Positions 39,288 to 51,234 of a stretch of 64,000 nucleotides of DNA are shown one piece after another. Every line of letters starts with the position of its first letter. Position 1 is the stretch's first letter. The stretch is taken from positions 41,310 through 105,309 of the forward strand of contig DASTWL010000023.1 in NCBI GenBank assembly GCA_035765895.1, read 5' to 3'. The notes under the pieces were generated by a model. It saw nothing but the letters and a program-made list of their open reading frames with translations. It made no database searches and was not told the origin of the DNA. The position numbers and the translations under genes are program-made. Source of the stretch: Verrucomicrobiia bacterium. GTDB taxonomy: Bacteria; Verrucomicrobiota; Verrucomicrobiia; Limisphaerales; DSYF01.

Positions 39288-40307
39288 ATGCTGGCGCAAG
39301 TTAAAACCCTGTTTTCCAACGACATTGGCATAGACTTGGGAACCGCAAACTCCCTCGTTTACGTTCGTGATCGGGGCATCGTATTGCGCGAACCTTCCGT
39401 GGTGGCGATCCAAGCGGGCACAACCAACGTCCTCGCCGTGGGCGAGGAGGCCAAACGTATGCTCGGTCGCACCCCTGGCAACATCGTTGCCATCCGTCCC
39501 ATGAAGGACGGCGTGATCGCGGATTTCGAGATCACCGAAGCCATGCTGCGGCATTTCATTCAGAAGGTTCATCATCGCAAATTGATCGCGCCCCGGGTCG
39601 TTGTGGCTGTCCCGTCGGGCATCACGGAAGTTGAAAAACGGGCCGTCAAGGACTCGGCCACCCACGCCGGGGCACGGGAAGTGTATTTGATTGAACAGCC
39701 GATGGCTTCGGCCATTGGAGTGGGACTGCCCGTCCATGAACCGGCGGGCAACATGATCGTGGATATTGGCGGCGGCACGTGTGAGATTGCCATCATCTCA
39801 CTGGCCGGCATCGTCTTCAGCCGCAGCCTGCGGGTCGGCGGGGACGAGTTTGACGACACTATCGTTGCGCACATGAAGCGCGCCTACAACCTGATGATTG
39901 GCGAACGCACCGCGGAGGAGATCAAGATCAAGATTGGATCGGCCTTCCCGCTGGAGCAGGAATTGACCCTCGAAGTAAAAGGACGCGACCTCAGCGCAGG
40001 ACTGCCCAAAACGATCACCATCCGCTCGGAGGAGATTCGTGAGGCCCTGCAGGAGCCGCTTTCCCAAATTCTCGAATCCATCCGCATCACCTTGGAACGC
40101 TGCCCGCCAGAACTGTCCGCGGACTTGATTGACCGCGGCATTGTGATGGCCGGCGGCGGTGCGCTGCTGCGCGGCATTGACCGTCTGGTGGCGCAGGAAA
40201 CCGGACTGCCTGTCCACACCGCTGACGATCCGCTCAGCGCCGTGTGCGAAGGCACCGGCCGGGTGCTGCAAGAACTGCAATTCCTCAAACGAGTCGCGAA
40301 CTCGTAA
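39288..40307 (+). CDS. mreB: Rod-shape-determining protein MreB
   Basis: [18 protein letters not shown]...[16 protein letters not shown]...[14 protein letters not shown]...[12 protein letters not shown]. Confidence 0.93.
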   Translation: MLAQVKTLFSNDIGIDLGTANSLVYVRDRGIVLREPSVVAIQAGTTNVLAVGEEAKRMLGRTPGNIVAIRPMKDGVIADFEITEAMLRHFIQKVHHRKLIAPRVVVAVPSGITEVEKRAVKDSATHAGAREVYLIEQPMASAIGVGLPVHEPAGNMIVDIGGGTCEIAIISLAGIVFSRSLRVGGDEFDDTIVAHMKRAYNLMIGERTAEEIKIKIGSAFPLEQELTLEVKGRDLSAGLPKTITIRSEEIREALQEPLSQILESIRITLERCPPELSADLIDRGIVMAGGGALLRGIDRLVAQETGLPVHTADDPLSAVCEGTGRVLQELQFLKRVANS

Positions 40308-40370
40308 GCTCCCCGCGTTTTCCGTCATCGCTCGTGACGCCGGATGCACCGGCCGTTCCGACGAGAACGG

Positions 40371-41183
40371 ATGTTTAGAAAGAAGCGATACATTGCGCTG
40401 GCCCTGGTGGCCGTTGTGACGCTGGTTTTATTGAACCTGCCCGCCAACACGGCCGCGCGCCTGCGTCTGGCCATCGGCAGCCAGTTTCTTCCCCTCTTCG
40501 GCCTGGCCAATGCGTCGCAGGATGCCGCCGGCGCGGTGGCGGATTTTGCCCTCTCCAAGCGCGAACTCATCCGCCAAAACAACCTGCTCCGGCAGGAGAA
40601 CGCCCAGCTCAAACTCGCCGCCACCCAGGCCGAGGAACAAATCCGCGAGAACGCGCGCCTTTCCCAATTGATCGGCTGGCAGCAACAGGTGCCCTGGCGC
40701 ATGAAGCTCGGCCGCGTCGTCCTGCGTGATCCCGCCAACTGGTGGCGCACGGTGCAGATCGATCTCGGCAGCCGCGACGGCATCAAACCCAACATGCCGG
40801 TGCTGACCATGCAGGGGCTCGTGGGGCGCGTCGCCGCCGTGGGCCTGACCCGTTCGCAGGTGGTGCTGATTGGCGATCCCACCTGCCGGGTGGCCGCGCT
40901 GGTGGAAAATGAAACGCGCGATTCCGGCGTGCTCGGCAACGCAGCCCCCCTGGAGCGCGAGTTGATTGACATCAATTACCTGCCCTCCCACTCCACGGTC
41001 AAACCGGGCCAAACCGTCGTCACCAGTGATTTGGGCGGCACTTTTCCGCGCGGCATCACCATCGGCAAGATCGTTGATGTGCGCCAGGTCGAATACGGTC
41101 TGGCAACCACCGCGCGCATCAAGCTCGCCGCAGCCCTTGGGTCGTTGGAGGAAGTCTGGGTGCTCACCCAATGGACACGATGA
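40371..41183 (+). CDS. mreC: Rod-shape-determining protein MreC
   Basis: N-terminal TM segment, coiled coil (LIRQNNLLRQENAQLKL), then beta-barrel domains (GLVGRVAAV...VVTSDLGGTFPRGITIGKIV). Position after mreB. Confidence 0.8.
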   Translation: MFRKKRYIALALVAVVTLVLLNLPANTAARLRLAIGSQFLPLFGLANASQDAAGAVADFALSKRELIRQNNLLRQENAQLKLAATQAEEQIRENARLSQLIGWQQQVPWRMKLGRVVLRDPANWWRTVQIDLGSRDGIKPNMPVLTMQGLVGRVAAVGLTRSQVVLIGDPTCRVAALVENETRDSGVLGNAAPLERELIDINYLPSHSTVKPGQTVVTSDLGGTFPRGITIGKIVDVRQVEYGLATTARIKLAAALGSLEEVWVLTQWTR

Positions 41184-41722
41184 TCGCCCTGAACTCCATC
41201 ATCATCTTTGGCGCGGCCTTCCTGGTGGTCTTTCTGGAGGCGGCAGTGAACGGCGTTTTCCGCGTGCAGCTCGATCTGCTGCCCGCGTTGATGGTCTATG
41301 CCAGCCTCACCGCCGGGCCGGCCACGGTCGGCGCCCTCGCACTGTGCGGCGGACTCTGGTTCGATTCGCTCTCGGCCAACCCGCTGGGCATTTCTGTGCT
41401 GCCGCTGCTGTTGATTGGGTGGCTCATTCTGCAACGCCGCGACCTGATTCTGCACAGCCAGGTGTTCGCCCAGTTGGTGCTCGGACTGGGTGCCAGTTTG
41501 GTCGCCCCGGCCCTCGCCCTGGCGTTCATGCTGAGCACGGGCAAAGCGCCGCTCATCGGCTGGGGCACGGTTTGGCAGCTTGCGCTCATGACGGTGGTGG
41601 GCGGCATCGCAACGCCAGTTTTGTTCAAACTCTTCGGCCTGGTGACCCACGCATTTGAATATCGCGAGGCCGCCTCGCCGAGCTTCCGGCCTGACCGGGA
41701 AATCCGACGCGGCCGCAACTGA
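41171..41722 (+). CDS. mreD: Rod-shape-determining protein MreD
   Basis: 183 aa polytopic membrane protein immediately after mreC, with a 13-nt overlap. The call rests mainly on position and topology. Confidence 0.65.
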   Translation: MDTMIALNSIIIFGAAFLVVFLEAAVNGVFRVQLDLLPALMVYASLTAGPATVGALALCGGLWFDSLSANPLGISVLPLLLIGWLILQRRDLILHSQVFAQLVLGLGASLVAPALALAFMLSTGKAPLIGWGTVWQLALMTVVGGIATPVLFKLFGLVTHAFEYREAASPSFRPDREIRRGRN

Positions 41723-41725
41723 ACC

Positions 41726-43774
41726 ATGTTGATTTTCGACCAGCTCAAACGCGAAGACCCGCCGCTGCGGTTGCTGTCGCTCGTTGTGCTGGCGGGGTTG
41801 CTGTTGCTGGCCGCGGGCCTGTGGTGGATTCAGATCGTTCATAGCGACGACTATCAATCGCATCTGGAAACCCAGTCCTACCGCAGCATCCGCGTGCCGG
41901 CGACGCGCGGGCGCATTCTGGACCGCAATGGAGTCGAGCTTGCCGGCAACCGGCCCAGCTATAACGTGAGCCTTTATCTGGAGGAATTGCGCAAGCCGCT
42001 GGACGACGAATTCTCGCGCGAGTTCACGGCGTTCCGCGCCGGGCTGAAGGCACAACGGGCCGCCCGGGAAAAGGAACTTGGCCGCAAACTCACGCGCACC
42101 GAGGCCCGCCAATTTGGCTACTCGATTGAAACGCGGGAGCAGATCCGCCAGCGCGCCTACTACGTGGCTGCCAGCAACATCGTGGCGCAAATCTCAGCAT
42201 CGTTGGGCACGCCGCTGGCCCTGGATCAGGCCAAATTCACCCGGCATTACCTGACGGCGCGTTATCAACCCTACCCCGTGCTGGAGGGGTTGAATCCGGT
42301 CCAGATCGCGCGCTTTGAAGAACGTTTTGGCGGCATGCCGGGCGTGGATTTGGACATGCAAAGTCTCCGCGTCTATCCATCCAACACGCTGGCCGCACAT
42401 GTGCTGGGTTACGTCCGGCCGGACAAGGAATCCCGCGAAGGTGAGGAGGCGTATTATTCCTACCGGCTGCCTGATTATCGCGGACTCATCGGCATCGAGG
42501 GCGGTTTTGACAAGGCCTTGCGCGGCCACGCCGGCGGGAAATCCGTGCTCGTCAACAACAGGGGTTTCAAGCAGAGCGAGAATGTCTGGCAACCCGCCGT
42601 GCCGGGACAAAATGTCGTGCTGACCCTGGACGTGCGGCTGCAACAGGCCGCCGAGCTGGCGCTGCGCAAAGGCCCCGAAGGCGCCAACACGCGCGGCGCC
42701 ATCGTGGTCATGGACGTGCGCAACGGTGACCTCCTCGCCCTCGCCTCGTCCCCCACGTTCAACCCGAATTATTACCTCCAAGGTTTCCCGCCGAACGAAT
42801 GGGCCCGGCAGCAGGATCCGATTCTGCGACCGGAATTCAACCGGGCCACGCAGGAAAACTATCAACCGGGTTCCATTTTCAAATCCGTGGTGGGCATGGC
42901 GGCCCTCGAAAACGGCTTCAATCCCGAAACCGTTTATCAAGTTCAGCCCGATCCTGCCAATCCCGGCAAGGGCTGCATTTTCGTCAACGGCCTCAAGAAG
43001 CGGGACACGGCCCCGCCGGGATTTTACAACTTCCGCCGCGCCTTCAAGAAATCGAGCAACAGCTACTTCATTGAACTGGGGCTGCTGCCGGGTGTCCTGC
43101 CCCGCATCGTGCAGCTCGGCGAAAAATTGCATCTGGGGGAAAGCTCCGGTCTGCCGACCCGGCAGGAAACGAGCGGCATTTTTCCGTCCATGGACAGCAT
43201 TCGTTCCGGCTGGATCGCCGGTGACACCGCGAATTTGAGCATTGGTCAGGCGCGCATCGATGTGACGCCCTTGCAGATTGCGGTAATGATTTCGGCGATT
43301 GCCAACAACGGCACGGTTTTCTGGCCGCGGCTCGTCCAACGCCTGGAACCGCAGGATCCGCTTTCGTCCGACGGCCCGACGCAGTTTCCCGCCGGGCGCG
43401 TGCGCGATACGCTGGACGTCAGCGCCCACACGTTGCAGGTGCTGCATCAAGCGATGCTGGCCGACGTGGAGGATGGCGACAGTTCCCCGGGCGGCGCCGG
43501 CACCGGCACCGCTGCGGCCGTGCCCGGCCTGCGCATTGGCGGCAAGACCGGCACGGCACAGGTCTGGGATGCGCACAACAAACTGGACCACTACAACACA
43601 TGGTTCGCGTCCTACGCACCGTGGGAAAATCCGCGTTACGCCGTGGTGGTCATGGTCGTCACCCCGCCGCATGAAGGCTCGGGCGGCGGCACCTGCGCGC
43701 CGCTGGCGCATGATGTTTACGAAGTCATCCAACAAATCGAAGCGCAGCCCGCGCCCCTGGCCCGAGCCAATTGA
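41726..43774 (+). CDS. mrdA: Penicillin-binding protein 2 (elongasome transpeptidase)
   Basis: 682 aa. PATRGRILDRNGVELA...PGSIFK (SxxK)...SSN...KTGTAQ. Confidence 0.9.
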   Translation: MLIFDQLKREDPPLRLLSLVVLAGLLLLAAGLWWIQIVHSDDYQSHLETQSYRSIRVPATRGRILDRNGVELAGNRPSYNVSLYLEELRKPLDDEFSREFTAFRAGLKAQRAAREKELGRKLTRTEARQFGYSIETREQIRQRAYYVAASNIVAQISASLGTPLALDQAKFTRHYLTARYQPYPVLEGLNPVQIARFEERFGGMPGVDLDMQSLRVYPSNTLAAHVLGYVRPDKESREGEEAYYSYRLPDYRGLIGIEGGFDKALRGHAGGKSVLVNNRGFKQSENVWQPAVPGQNVVLTLDVRLQQAAELALRKGPEGANTRGAIVVMDVRNGDLLALASSPTFNPNYYLQGFPPNEWARQQDPILRPEFNRATQENYQPGSIFKSVVGMAALENGFNPETVYQVQPDPANPGKGCIFVNGLKKRDTAPPGFYNFRRAFKKSSNSYFIELGLLPGVLPRIVQLGEKLHLGESSGLPTRQETSGIFPSMDSIRSGWIAGDTANLSIGQARIDVTPLQIAVMISAIANNGTVFWPRLVQRLEPQDPLSSDGPTQFPAGRVRDTLDVSAHTLQVLHQAMLADVEDGDSSPGGAGTGTAAAVPGLRIGGKTGTAQVWDAHNKLDHYNTWFASYAPWENPRYAVVVMVVTPPHEGSGGGTCAPLAHDVYEVIQQIEAQPAPLARAN

Positions 43775-43780
43775 TCCACC

Positions 43781-45037
43781 ATGTTCGAACCCACGCTCAA
43801 CGAATCCCCGCCGCGGCCCGACCGCCTGTTGCTGGCCAGCATGCTGGGCCTGATGTTTTTCGGCGTGGTCTTTGTTTACAGCGCGAGCATGGTGGACGAG
43901 CCCGTTGGCCTGTGGCAGCAATATCAGGAATCATCCTTCCGCGAATTCTGCCGGTGGCTGCTCGGCGAACTCTTTTTCCGGCAGATCATCTGGTATGTCC
44001 TCGGACTGGGGGCCGCCACCGTGGTGTGCCTGGTGGATTACCGTTCCCTGGCACGCTGGGCGATGCTCGCCTACTGGGGCAGCATCGGTTTGCTCGCGGC
44101 GGTTTTGCTGCCGTTCATCGGTTCGGTCCGCTTTGGCGCCCGACGTTGGATCAATCTGGGTTTCTTTCAATTTCAGCCGTCGGAATTTGCCAAGCTGGCG
44201 TTCATTCTGGCGATGGCGCACTTCCTGAGCCGTCCAGCGGATGAATTGCGCAAGCCCAACATGTTCTGGAAAGCGGCCGGCTTGCTGGCCCTGCCGTTCC
44301 TGCTGGTGATGAAGGAGCCGGACCTGGGTTCGGCGCTGGTGCTGGTGCCCGTCTGGGCGGCGACGTTGCTGGTCTCCGGCGTGCCGCATCGCTTCCTCGT
44401 GCGCTTGACAGCGGTCGTGAGCATCGCAGCGGCGCTATTCCTTGTGGACGTGTTGTTCGCACCACCCGGCTGGCAGATCAAGCTTCAGGATTATCAGCGC
44501 CGACGCCTGCTGGTCTATTTTGACCGCGATTACACCTCACTCGCACCGCCCGGCGCGAGCAAGGCGCAACTTGAGAAGCTGGAGGATCAGCAAAGGCAGG
44601 ACAGCTACAACGTGCGCCAGGCGCTCATCAGCGTTGGTTCCGGTGGTGTCACCGGGAAAGGCTGGCGCCAGGGAACGCAGAACGCCCTCGGCTATCTGCC
44701 GCGGGCCGTGGCGCACAATGATTTCATCTTCTCCGTCATCGCGGAGGAGAGTGGATTCGTGGGGAGCATCATTGTCCTCACACTTTACGGCGTGGTGCTG
44801 TTTGTCGGCATCCGCATTGCCAGCCAGGCGCGCGATCGCCTGGGCAGATTGGTGGCTGTGGGCGTGGTTGCCCTGCTTTTCAGCCACGTGTTCATCAATA
44901 TTGGGATGAACATTCGTTTGATGCCCGTGACGGGCGTGCCACTGCCGCTGTTAAGTTACGGCGGATCCTCAGTGCTCGTCTCGTTGATCGCCATGGGCCT
45001 TTTGCACAGTGTGCACATCTACAGAAGAACCTATTAG
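43781..45037 (+). CDS. rodA: SEDS-family peptidoglycan polymerase RodA
   Basis: 418 aa. QPSEFAKLAFIL...HNDFIFSVIAEESGF...PVTGVPLPLLSYGGSS. Confidence 0.9.
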   Translation: MFEPTLNESPPRPDRLLLASMLGLMFFGVVFVYSASMVDEPVGLWQQYQESSFREFCRWLLGELFFRQIIWYVLGLGAATVVCLVDYRSLARWAMLAYWGSIGLLAAVLLPFIGSVRFGARRWINLGFFQFQPSEFAKLAFILAMAHFLSRPADELRKPNMFWKAAGLLALPFLLVMKEPDLGSALVLVPVWAATLLVSGVPHRFLVRLTAVVSIAAALFLVDVLFAPPGWQIKLQDYQRRRLLVYFDRDYTSLAPPGASKAQLEKLEDQQRQDSYNVRQALISVGSGGVTGKGWRQGTQNALGYLPRAVAHNDFIFSVIAEESGFVGSIIVLTLYGVVLFVGIRIASQARDRLGRLVAVGVVALLFSHVFINIGMNIRLMPVTGVPLPLLSYGGSSVLVSLIAMGLLHSVHIYRRTY

Positions 45038-45039
45038 TT

Positions 45040-46986
<1,947 letters not shown>

Positions 46987-47004
46987 ACAGCTTCCCCAAA
47001 GCAC

Positions 47005-47033
47005 AAGCGCCCGGCGGATTCCGCCGGGCGCTT
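47005..47033. terminator. Bidirectional hairpin terminator between convergent rng and the ECF operon
   Basis: AAGCGCCCGGCGG-att-CCGCCGGGCGCTT, a 13-bp perfect stem, with T-rich sequence after it on the plus strand. Confidence 0.55.
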
Positions 47034-47060
47034 CGTTCTAAACGTCTTTACGAAAGGAGG

Positions 47061-47525
47061 CTAATCGACCTGTTTGATGACGACGAACCATGCGGTCGCA
47101 TTCGCCGCGTTGCCGCCGGTCACCAGACTCTTCCCCTTCTTGATTTCCTGGGTGATTTTTCCAACCGGCTGCCCCTTCCCGATCAACGTGACTTCAACCC
47201 TTCCGCGGTCGAGCCGCTTGACCTCGATCGTGCAGTCGCGGCTCATTTGCACGGGGGTGACTTCACTGGCGGAAAGGGTGAAATGCTTCCGGTTCACCTC
47301 AAAGTAGTTCGTGTATTTGAACGGCAGGCACGCCAATTTTCGGGCGATTTCTTCGCCCACCGGTTTCAAATTCGGATCCGGCGATTTGGGAACGTTGGTG
47401 CCCCACACAAGCACGGCCTCCAGCTTCATGTCGTCGGCGCGTGCCGCTGCCGGCATCAGGCCGGTTACCAAAACCGCCAGCCACAGGGCCGCGCCGCACT
47501 TCAGCACTGAATTTGTGATGGTCAT
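47061..47525 (-). CDS. Secreted hypothetical protein (last gene of the ECF sigma operon)
   Basis: 154 aa. Signal peptide ...LWLAVLVTGLMPAAARA. No family recognised. Starts 3 nt after the anti-sigma stop. Confidence 0.5.
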   Translation of the reverse strand: MTITNSVLKCGAALWLAVLVTGLMPAAARADDMKLEAVLVWGTNVPKSPDPNLKPVGEEIARKLACLPFKYTNYFEVNRKHFTLSASEVTPVQMSRDCTIEVKRLDRGRVEVTLIGKGQPVGKITQEIKKGKSLVTGGNAANATAWFVVIKQVD

Positions 47526-47528
47526 TGA

Positions 47529-48038
47529 CTATTTAAGGCTAGTTCGGTCCGCTCCGTTGGCAACGACTTTTTCCGCCGGGAAATTGAACCACACAAACGT
47601 CGTGCCGCTGGAGGAATCTTGAAAAGTGATGGCGTCCGCATCTACCGCGGCCGTGACCAATCCATTGCCGGCGCTGGAGTTGTTCATCGCCTCCCACGCG
47701 ATCAATCCCACCGTCAGCACAGCCGCCACGGCTCCCAAGGACTTGATCCACCGGTTGAACACCCGCCAGCCGGAGAAGGCGGGCGCGGGTGCGGGCTGAT
47801 CACATTCCAGCTTCGCGATCTCGCGGCTGATCTTGCTCCAGTAGAATTCGCGCGTCTCAGGCACGGCCACCCCCTGCTCGGCGCCCCGCAACGCACGACG
47901 CGTGTTCTTCAATTCAACCTGCAACGCCGTCGCCTCGGCATCCGCGGCGATCCAGGCAGCCACTTCACGCGCCTCGGCTTCCGGCAGTTCTCCGTCGAGA
48001 AACGCCTGAATCTTGAGCTGTCTTTCAAATTCCATCAT
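47529..48038 (-). CDS. Anti-sigma factor (single-pass membrane)
   Basis: MMEFERQLKIQAFLDGELPEAEAREVAAWIAADAEATALQVELKNTRRAL, plus one TM segment (LGAVAAVLTVGLIAW). ATGA overlap with the sigma gene stop (48035-48038). Confidence 0.65.
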   Translation of the reverse strand: MMEFERQLKIQAFLDGELPEAEAREVAAWIAADAEATALQVELKNTRRALRGAEQGVAVPETREFYWSKISREIAKLECDQPAPAPAFSGWRVFNRWIKSLGAVAAVLTVGLIAWEAMNNSSAGNGLVTAAVDADAITFQDSSSGTTFVWFNFPAEKVVANGADRTSLK

Positions 48039-48664
48039 GGCGCACCTTTCTCCTTGAGATCCGCGAGCAACGTCGCCAGCCGGCGGCGCGCGTAGAACAG
48101 CCGGGACATGATGGTGCCAATGGAGCACCCCATGACCTTGGCGATTTGCTTGTATTCCATCTCTTCAAATTCGTGCAGGACCAGCACGGTCCGATGTTCA
48201 TGCGACAACTGCGCCATCGCGCGGTCAATCCGGGCCCGGAGTTCGCCCCGCTCCAATCGCTCGGTCGGATTGAAGGCGATGGGCGGCATCTGCCGCTCGA
48301 CTCCGCCGGATTCCTCGTCCATTTCCTCGATCGAATCCGTCCGCTGTCGCTTCTGCCGACGGATCTGATCCAAACACAGGTTGATGACAATCCGCGTCAT
48401 CCACGTGGCGAAGCTGGATTCACCCTGAAACTGCGCCAGCCGCTGCCACGCCTTGACCCATGCTTCTTGAGAAAGATCCAACGCTTCTTCCTCGTTCCGC
48501 ATCATGCTGTAAGCCCGGGCGTAAATCTTGTCCCGATGCCGTGCGACCAGTTCCTCGAAGGCCAGCATGTCGCCCTTTTGCGCCTTCGCCACCAAAGCCT
48601 TGTCGTCTGCGGACGCATATTGGCTTGCGGTCGTCATCGGGTTGGACGCAACAGGTTGTGGCAC
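48035..48664 (-). CDS. ECF-type RNA polymerase sigma factor
   Basis: AFEELVARHRDKIYARAYSMM...DLSQEAWVKAW...FATWMTRIVINLCLD...EYKQIAKVMGCSIGTIMSRLFYARRRL. GTG at 48664 or ATG at 48637. Confidence 0.87.
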   Translation of the reverse strand: MPQPVASNPMTTASQYASADDKALVAKAQKGDMLAFEELVARHRDKIYARAYSMMRNEEEALDLSQEAWVKAWQRLAQFQGESSFATWMTRIVINLCLDQIRRQKRQRTDSIEEMDEESGGVERQMPPIAFNPTERLERGELRARIDRAMAQLSHEHRTVLVLHEFEEMEYKQIAKVMGCSIGTIMSRLFYARRRLATLLADLKEKGAP

Positions 48665-48676
48665 TATTCAGACGGA

Positions 48677-49339
48677 CTACAGCCGGCCCTTGGTGCTGGG
48701 AATGCGGCCGGCAATCCGCGGATCTCGTTGGCACGCAAAGTCAACCGCCTTGGCAAAGGCCTTGAACAGGACTTCAACGATGTGGTGGGGTTCGTCCCCG
48801 TAAAGAAGTTCCAGATGCAGGTTGCAACGCGCTTCGTTGGCAAAGCCCTGAAAAAATTCCCGCGCCAGACCAAAACGAAAGGCGCTCGACATGTCCTGCA
48901 TGCGGTCGGCGGAGGAAACGGCACGCTGGGCGAAGCGGTCCAAGCCACGCCAGACCAGATAGGGTCGGCCGCTAAAATCGATGACACACCGTGCGAGACA
49001 TTCGTCCATCGGCACATGCGCCTCACCGGTAAACGGGTTGCGCGGGTCGAATCCCGTTCCGTAGCGCCGGATGCCGCGCTTGTCGCCGAGCGCTTGGGCA
49101 AAGGCCTGGCCAAGCGCGATGCCGCAATCCTCCACCGTGTGGTGGGCATCCACATCCAGATCCCCCCGACAACTGAGCTTCAAATCCATGACCGCATGCT
49201 TCGCGAACAAGGTGAGCATGTGGTCTAAAAACGGAATGCCGGTGGCAATGGCCGAAGAGCCCTTGCCATCCACATTGAGCGCCACTTGGATTTGGGTTTC
49301 GCCCGTAACCCGGCTGATTTTCGCTCGCCTTGCCTTCAT
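48677..49339 (-). CDS. hisB: Imidazoleglycerol-phosphate dehydratase
   Basis: 220 aa. RVTGETQIQVALNVDG...GIPFLDHML...GDLDVDAHHTVEDCGIALG...HHIVE. Confidence 0.92.
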   Translation of the reverse strand: MKARRAKISRVTGETQIQVALNVDGKGSSAIATGIPFLDHMLTLFAKHAVMDLKLSCRGDLDVDAHHTVEDCGIALGQAFAQALGDKRGIRRYGTGFDPRNPFTGEAHVPMDECLARCVIDFSGRPYLVWRGLDRFAQRAVSSADRMQDMSSAFRFGLAREFFQGFANEARCNLHLELLYGDEPHHIVEVLFKAFAKAVDFACQRDPRIAGRIPSTKGRL

Positions 49340-49379
49340 GCGCCGGAATTAAACCAAAGCGCCCGGACAAAAACCAAGC

Positions 49380-50303
49380 TCAATGCGGCGGTGTGGCCAG
49401 GCTGCCCTGTGCGGCGCCGGCTTTGGCACGGACTTCCTTGATGCGGTCGTCCAAGGCTTCCGGTTGCGGCGAATACGCCTTGGCTTCCTCAAAGCGGTGG
49501 ATGGCCTCGGCATAGTTCCCGGCTTGAAATTCAAGCTCCGCCAGATAGACAAGGATGCGCCCCTTGCCGTTTTTGTCGGGTTCTTTTTGCCTGGCTTCGA
49601 CTTCGTCCCAACGGCGCAACGCCAGATGCCAGAGGTTTCGGGCGCGGTCCGGCTGGTGGTAGAACATGGCGTAAAGCCGGCCCAATTCGAAAAGGATTTC
49701 GTAGCTGTTCGGATTGGCACGCAACCCATCACGCAGAAAGTTGACGGCCTGATTCGTTTCGTGCAGGCGGTCGGCCAGCCAATACGCCGTGACGGTGTAA
49801 GTTTCAATCCGCTGCGGGTCCAGTTCCGCCGACAGCTTCAACCACGGCAAAATCTCCCGTTCCCGCCCGCCCGCCAGATGCGTATGCTTCGTAACCATGA
49901 AGTGGCGGCCTTCGGCTTCGATCCAGTCGTGGGGATCCCCCAGGAAACTGGCATCGTGATGCTCGTCCTCGTCGTGGTCGTCATGGGCCTCCGCGTCGTG
50001 CTCATGAGCGTTTCCGGCCGATTCAGTTGCCACCTTGCCGCCCCCCCTTCCCTCTTCGTCCGCATATTCCTTTTTGGCCGCGGCCTGATCGAAAATTGAA
50101 GGATACAGCCCGCTGTGCATGTAAACGTCCGCCTGGACCACCATCTGATTGGCGAACATGCGTCGCCCTTCGCCGAAAAAGATTTTGAAGACGTTGTCGC
50201 CGTCGCGGCTGTTGTTCCCGCGCTGCAAGCGCACCTGCAGCCACGGCGCCAGGCTGAACGCCGTCGTCAGCAGAAGAATGACGAGTAAAATGTATTTTCT
50301 CAT
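49380..50303 (-). CDS. Membrane-anchored TPR-like protein with His/Asp/Glu-rich segment
   Basis: ATG at 50303 (MRKYILLVILLLTTAFSLA), in ATGA overlap with the permease stop. NAHEHDAEAHDDHDEDEHHD stretch. C-terminal TPR-like helices (NSYEILFELGRLYAMFY..., YLAELEFQAGNYAEAIHRFEEA). Confidence 0.6.
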   Translation of the reverse strand: MRKYILLVILLLTTAFSLAPWLQVRLQRGNNSRDGDNVFKIFFGEGRRMFANQMVVQADVYMHSGLYPSIFDQAAAKKEYADEEGRGGGKVATESAGNAHEHDAEAHDDHDEDEHHDASFLGDPHDWIEAEGRHFMVTKHTHLAGGREREILPWLKLSAELDPQRIETYTVTAYWLADRLHETNQAVNFLRDGLRANPNSYEILFELGRLYAMFYHQPDRARNLWHLALRRWDEVEARQKEPDKNGKGRILVYLAELEFQAGNYAEAIHRFEEAKAYSPQPEALDDRIKEVRAKAGAAQGSLATPPH

Positions 50304-51085
50304 CCGAGCGTCAACGTTTTGCGCCGGAACACCAGCCAGGCGGCAAGCAACAACGCCGCCGTGTAGGCCCCCCAATACACGGTGGCCACGCCAACGGCCG
50401 ACCACGGAATCAACGGCTGATCGAATAAAATCAGATCCCGGAACTTGAAGGCCCATTCCACGTGAGGAATCAAAAAATACAACGCCGAAAGAATCGACTG
50501 CGACGGCTCGGTCATGCGCAACGCAACTTTGTGCAGGTGCTCGCCCAGCGTCAAAATGCCGCCGACGATGATGAACATGATGGTGACGTTGACGGACGGA
50601 GCGCTGAACACCAGCGAGCCAAGCAGGGACATGCCAATCACCACCCCGAGCATCATCCAATGCAGCCAGGCCGCCTGCACATACTGCAACCAGGGCCAAT
50701 GGTGTTCCCGTGCCCCGGTCACCACGCCGAAGAAAATGTAAAAGAGCACAATGGTGAATCCCGCCACCAGCCAGCAGCCAAAGAATTTGCCCAAGACAAC
50801 CTGCAGGCGCGTCACGGGTTTGGCCAGCAGGGGAAAAATGGTGCGGCTTTCACGCTCCGCCGGAATTTGCCGGGCCGAGGTCGTCAGGGCGATGACCAGG
50901 GTGGCAACCCAGATCAGCAGGAGACATATCTCCTTCAAGTAGCCCACGATCTTGTCGTCGTTGAAAAACGTGGTGCTGCCCGTCAGGAGCGTCAACAGGG
51001 CCGTCAACACAAACAGGACGTAGAAGTCCTTCCGACGATACATTTCCTTGATGACGACACCAGCAAGTGCCAGAACAGTATTCAT
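50300..51085 (-). CDS. ABC-2 type transporter permease
   Basis: 261 aa, six predicted TM helices, located immediately downstream of the ABC ATPase. Confidence 0.7.
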   Translation of the reverse strand: MNTVLALAGVVIKEMYRRKDFYVLFVLTALLTLLTGSTTFFNDDKIVGYLKEICLLLIWVATLVIALTTSARQIPAERESRTIFPLLAKPVTRLQVVLGKFFGCWLVAGFTIVLFYIFFGVVTGAREHHWPWLQYVQAAWLHWMMLGVVIGMSLLGSLVFSAPSVNVTIMFIIVGGILTLGEHLHKVALRMTEPSQSILSALYFLIPHVEWAFKFRDLILFDQPLIPWSAVGVATVYWGAYTAALLLAAWLVFRRKTLTLG

Positions 51086-51105
51086 AGGGCAGGAGAAAAA
51101 CCATC

Positions 51106-51234
51106 AACCACGGATGGACACGGATGAACACAGATGCCCCTCACCCCATCCCTCTCCCCATCCGATGGGGAGAGGATGCCCGAAGGGCGGGTGAGGGGTT
51201 TCTTATCCGTGTTCATCCGTGTCCATTCGTGGTT
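51106..51234. repeat. Nested three-tier palindromic intergenic element (REP/MITE-like) inside the ABC operon
   Basis: Outer arms AACCACGGATGGACACGGATGAACAC (51106-51131) and GTGTTCATCCGTGTCCATTCGTGGTT (51209-51234) have 1 mismatch. Middle arms are CCCCTCACCC (51137-51146) and GGGTGAGGGG (51189-51198). The inner hairpin is CCTCTCCCCATC-c-GATGGGGAGAGG (51151-51175). Confidence 0.75.
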
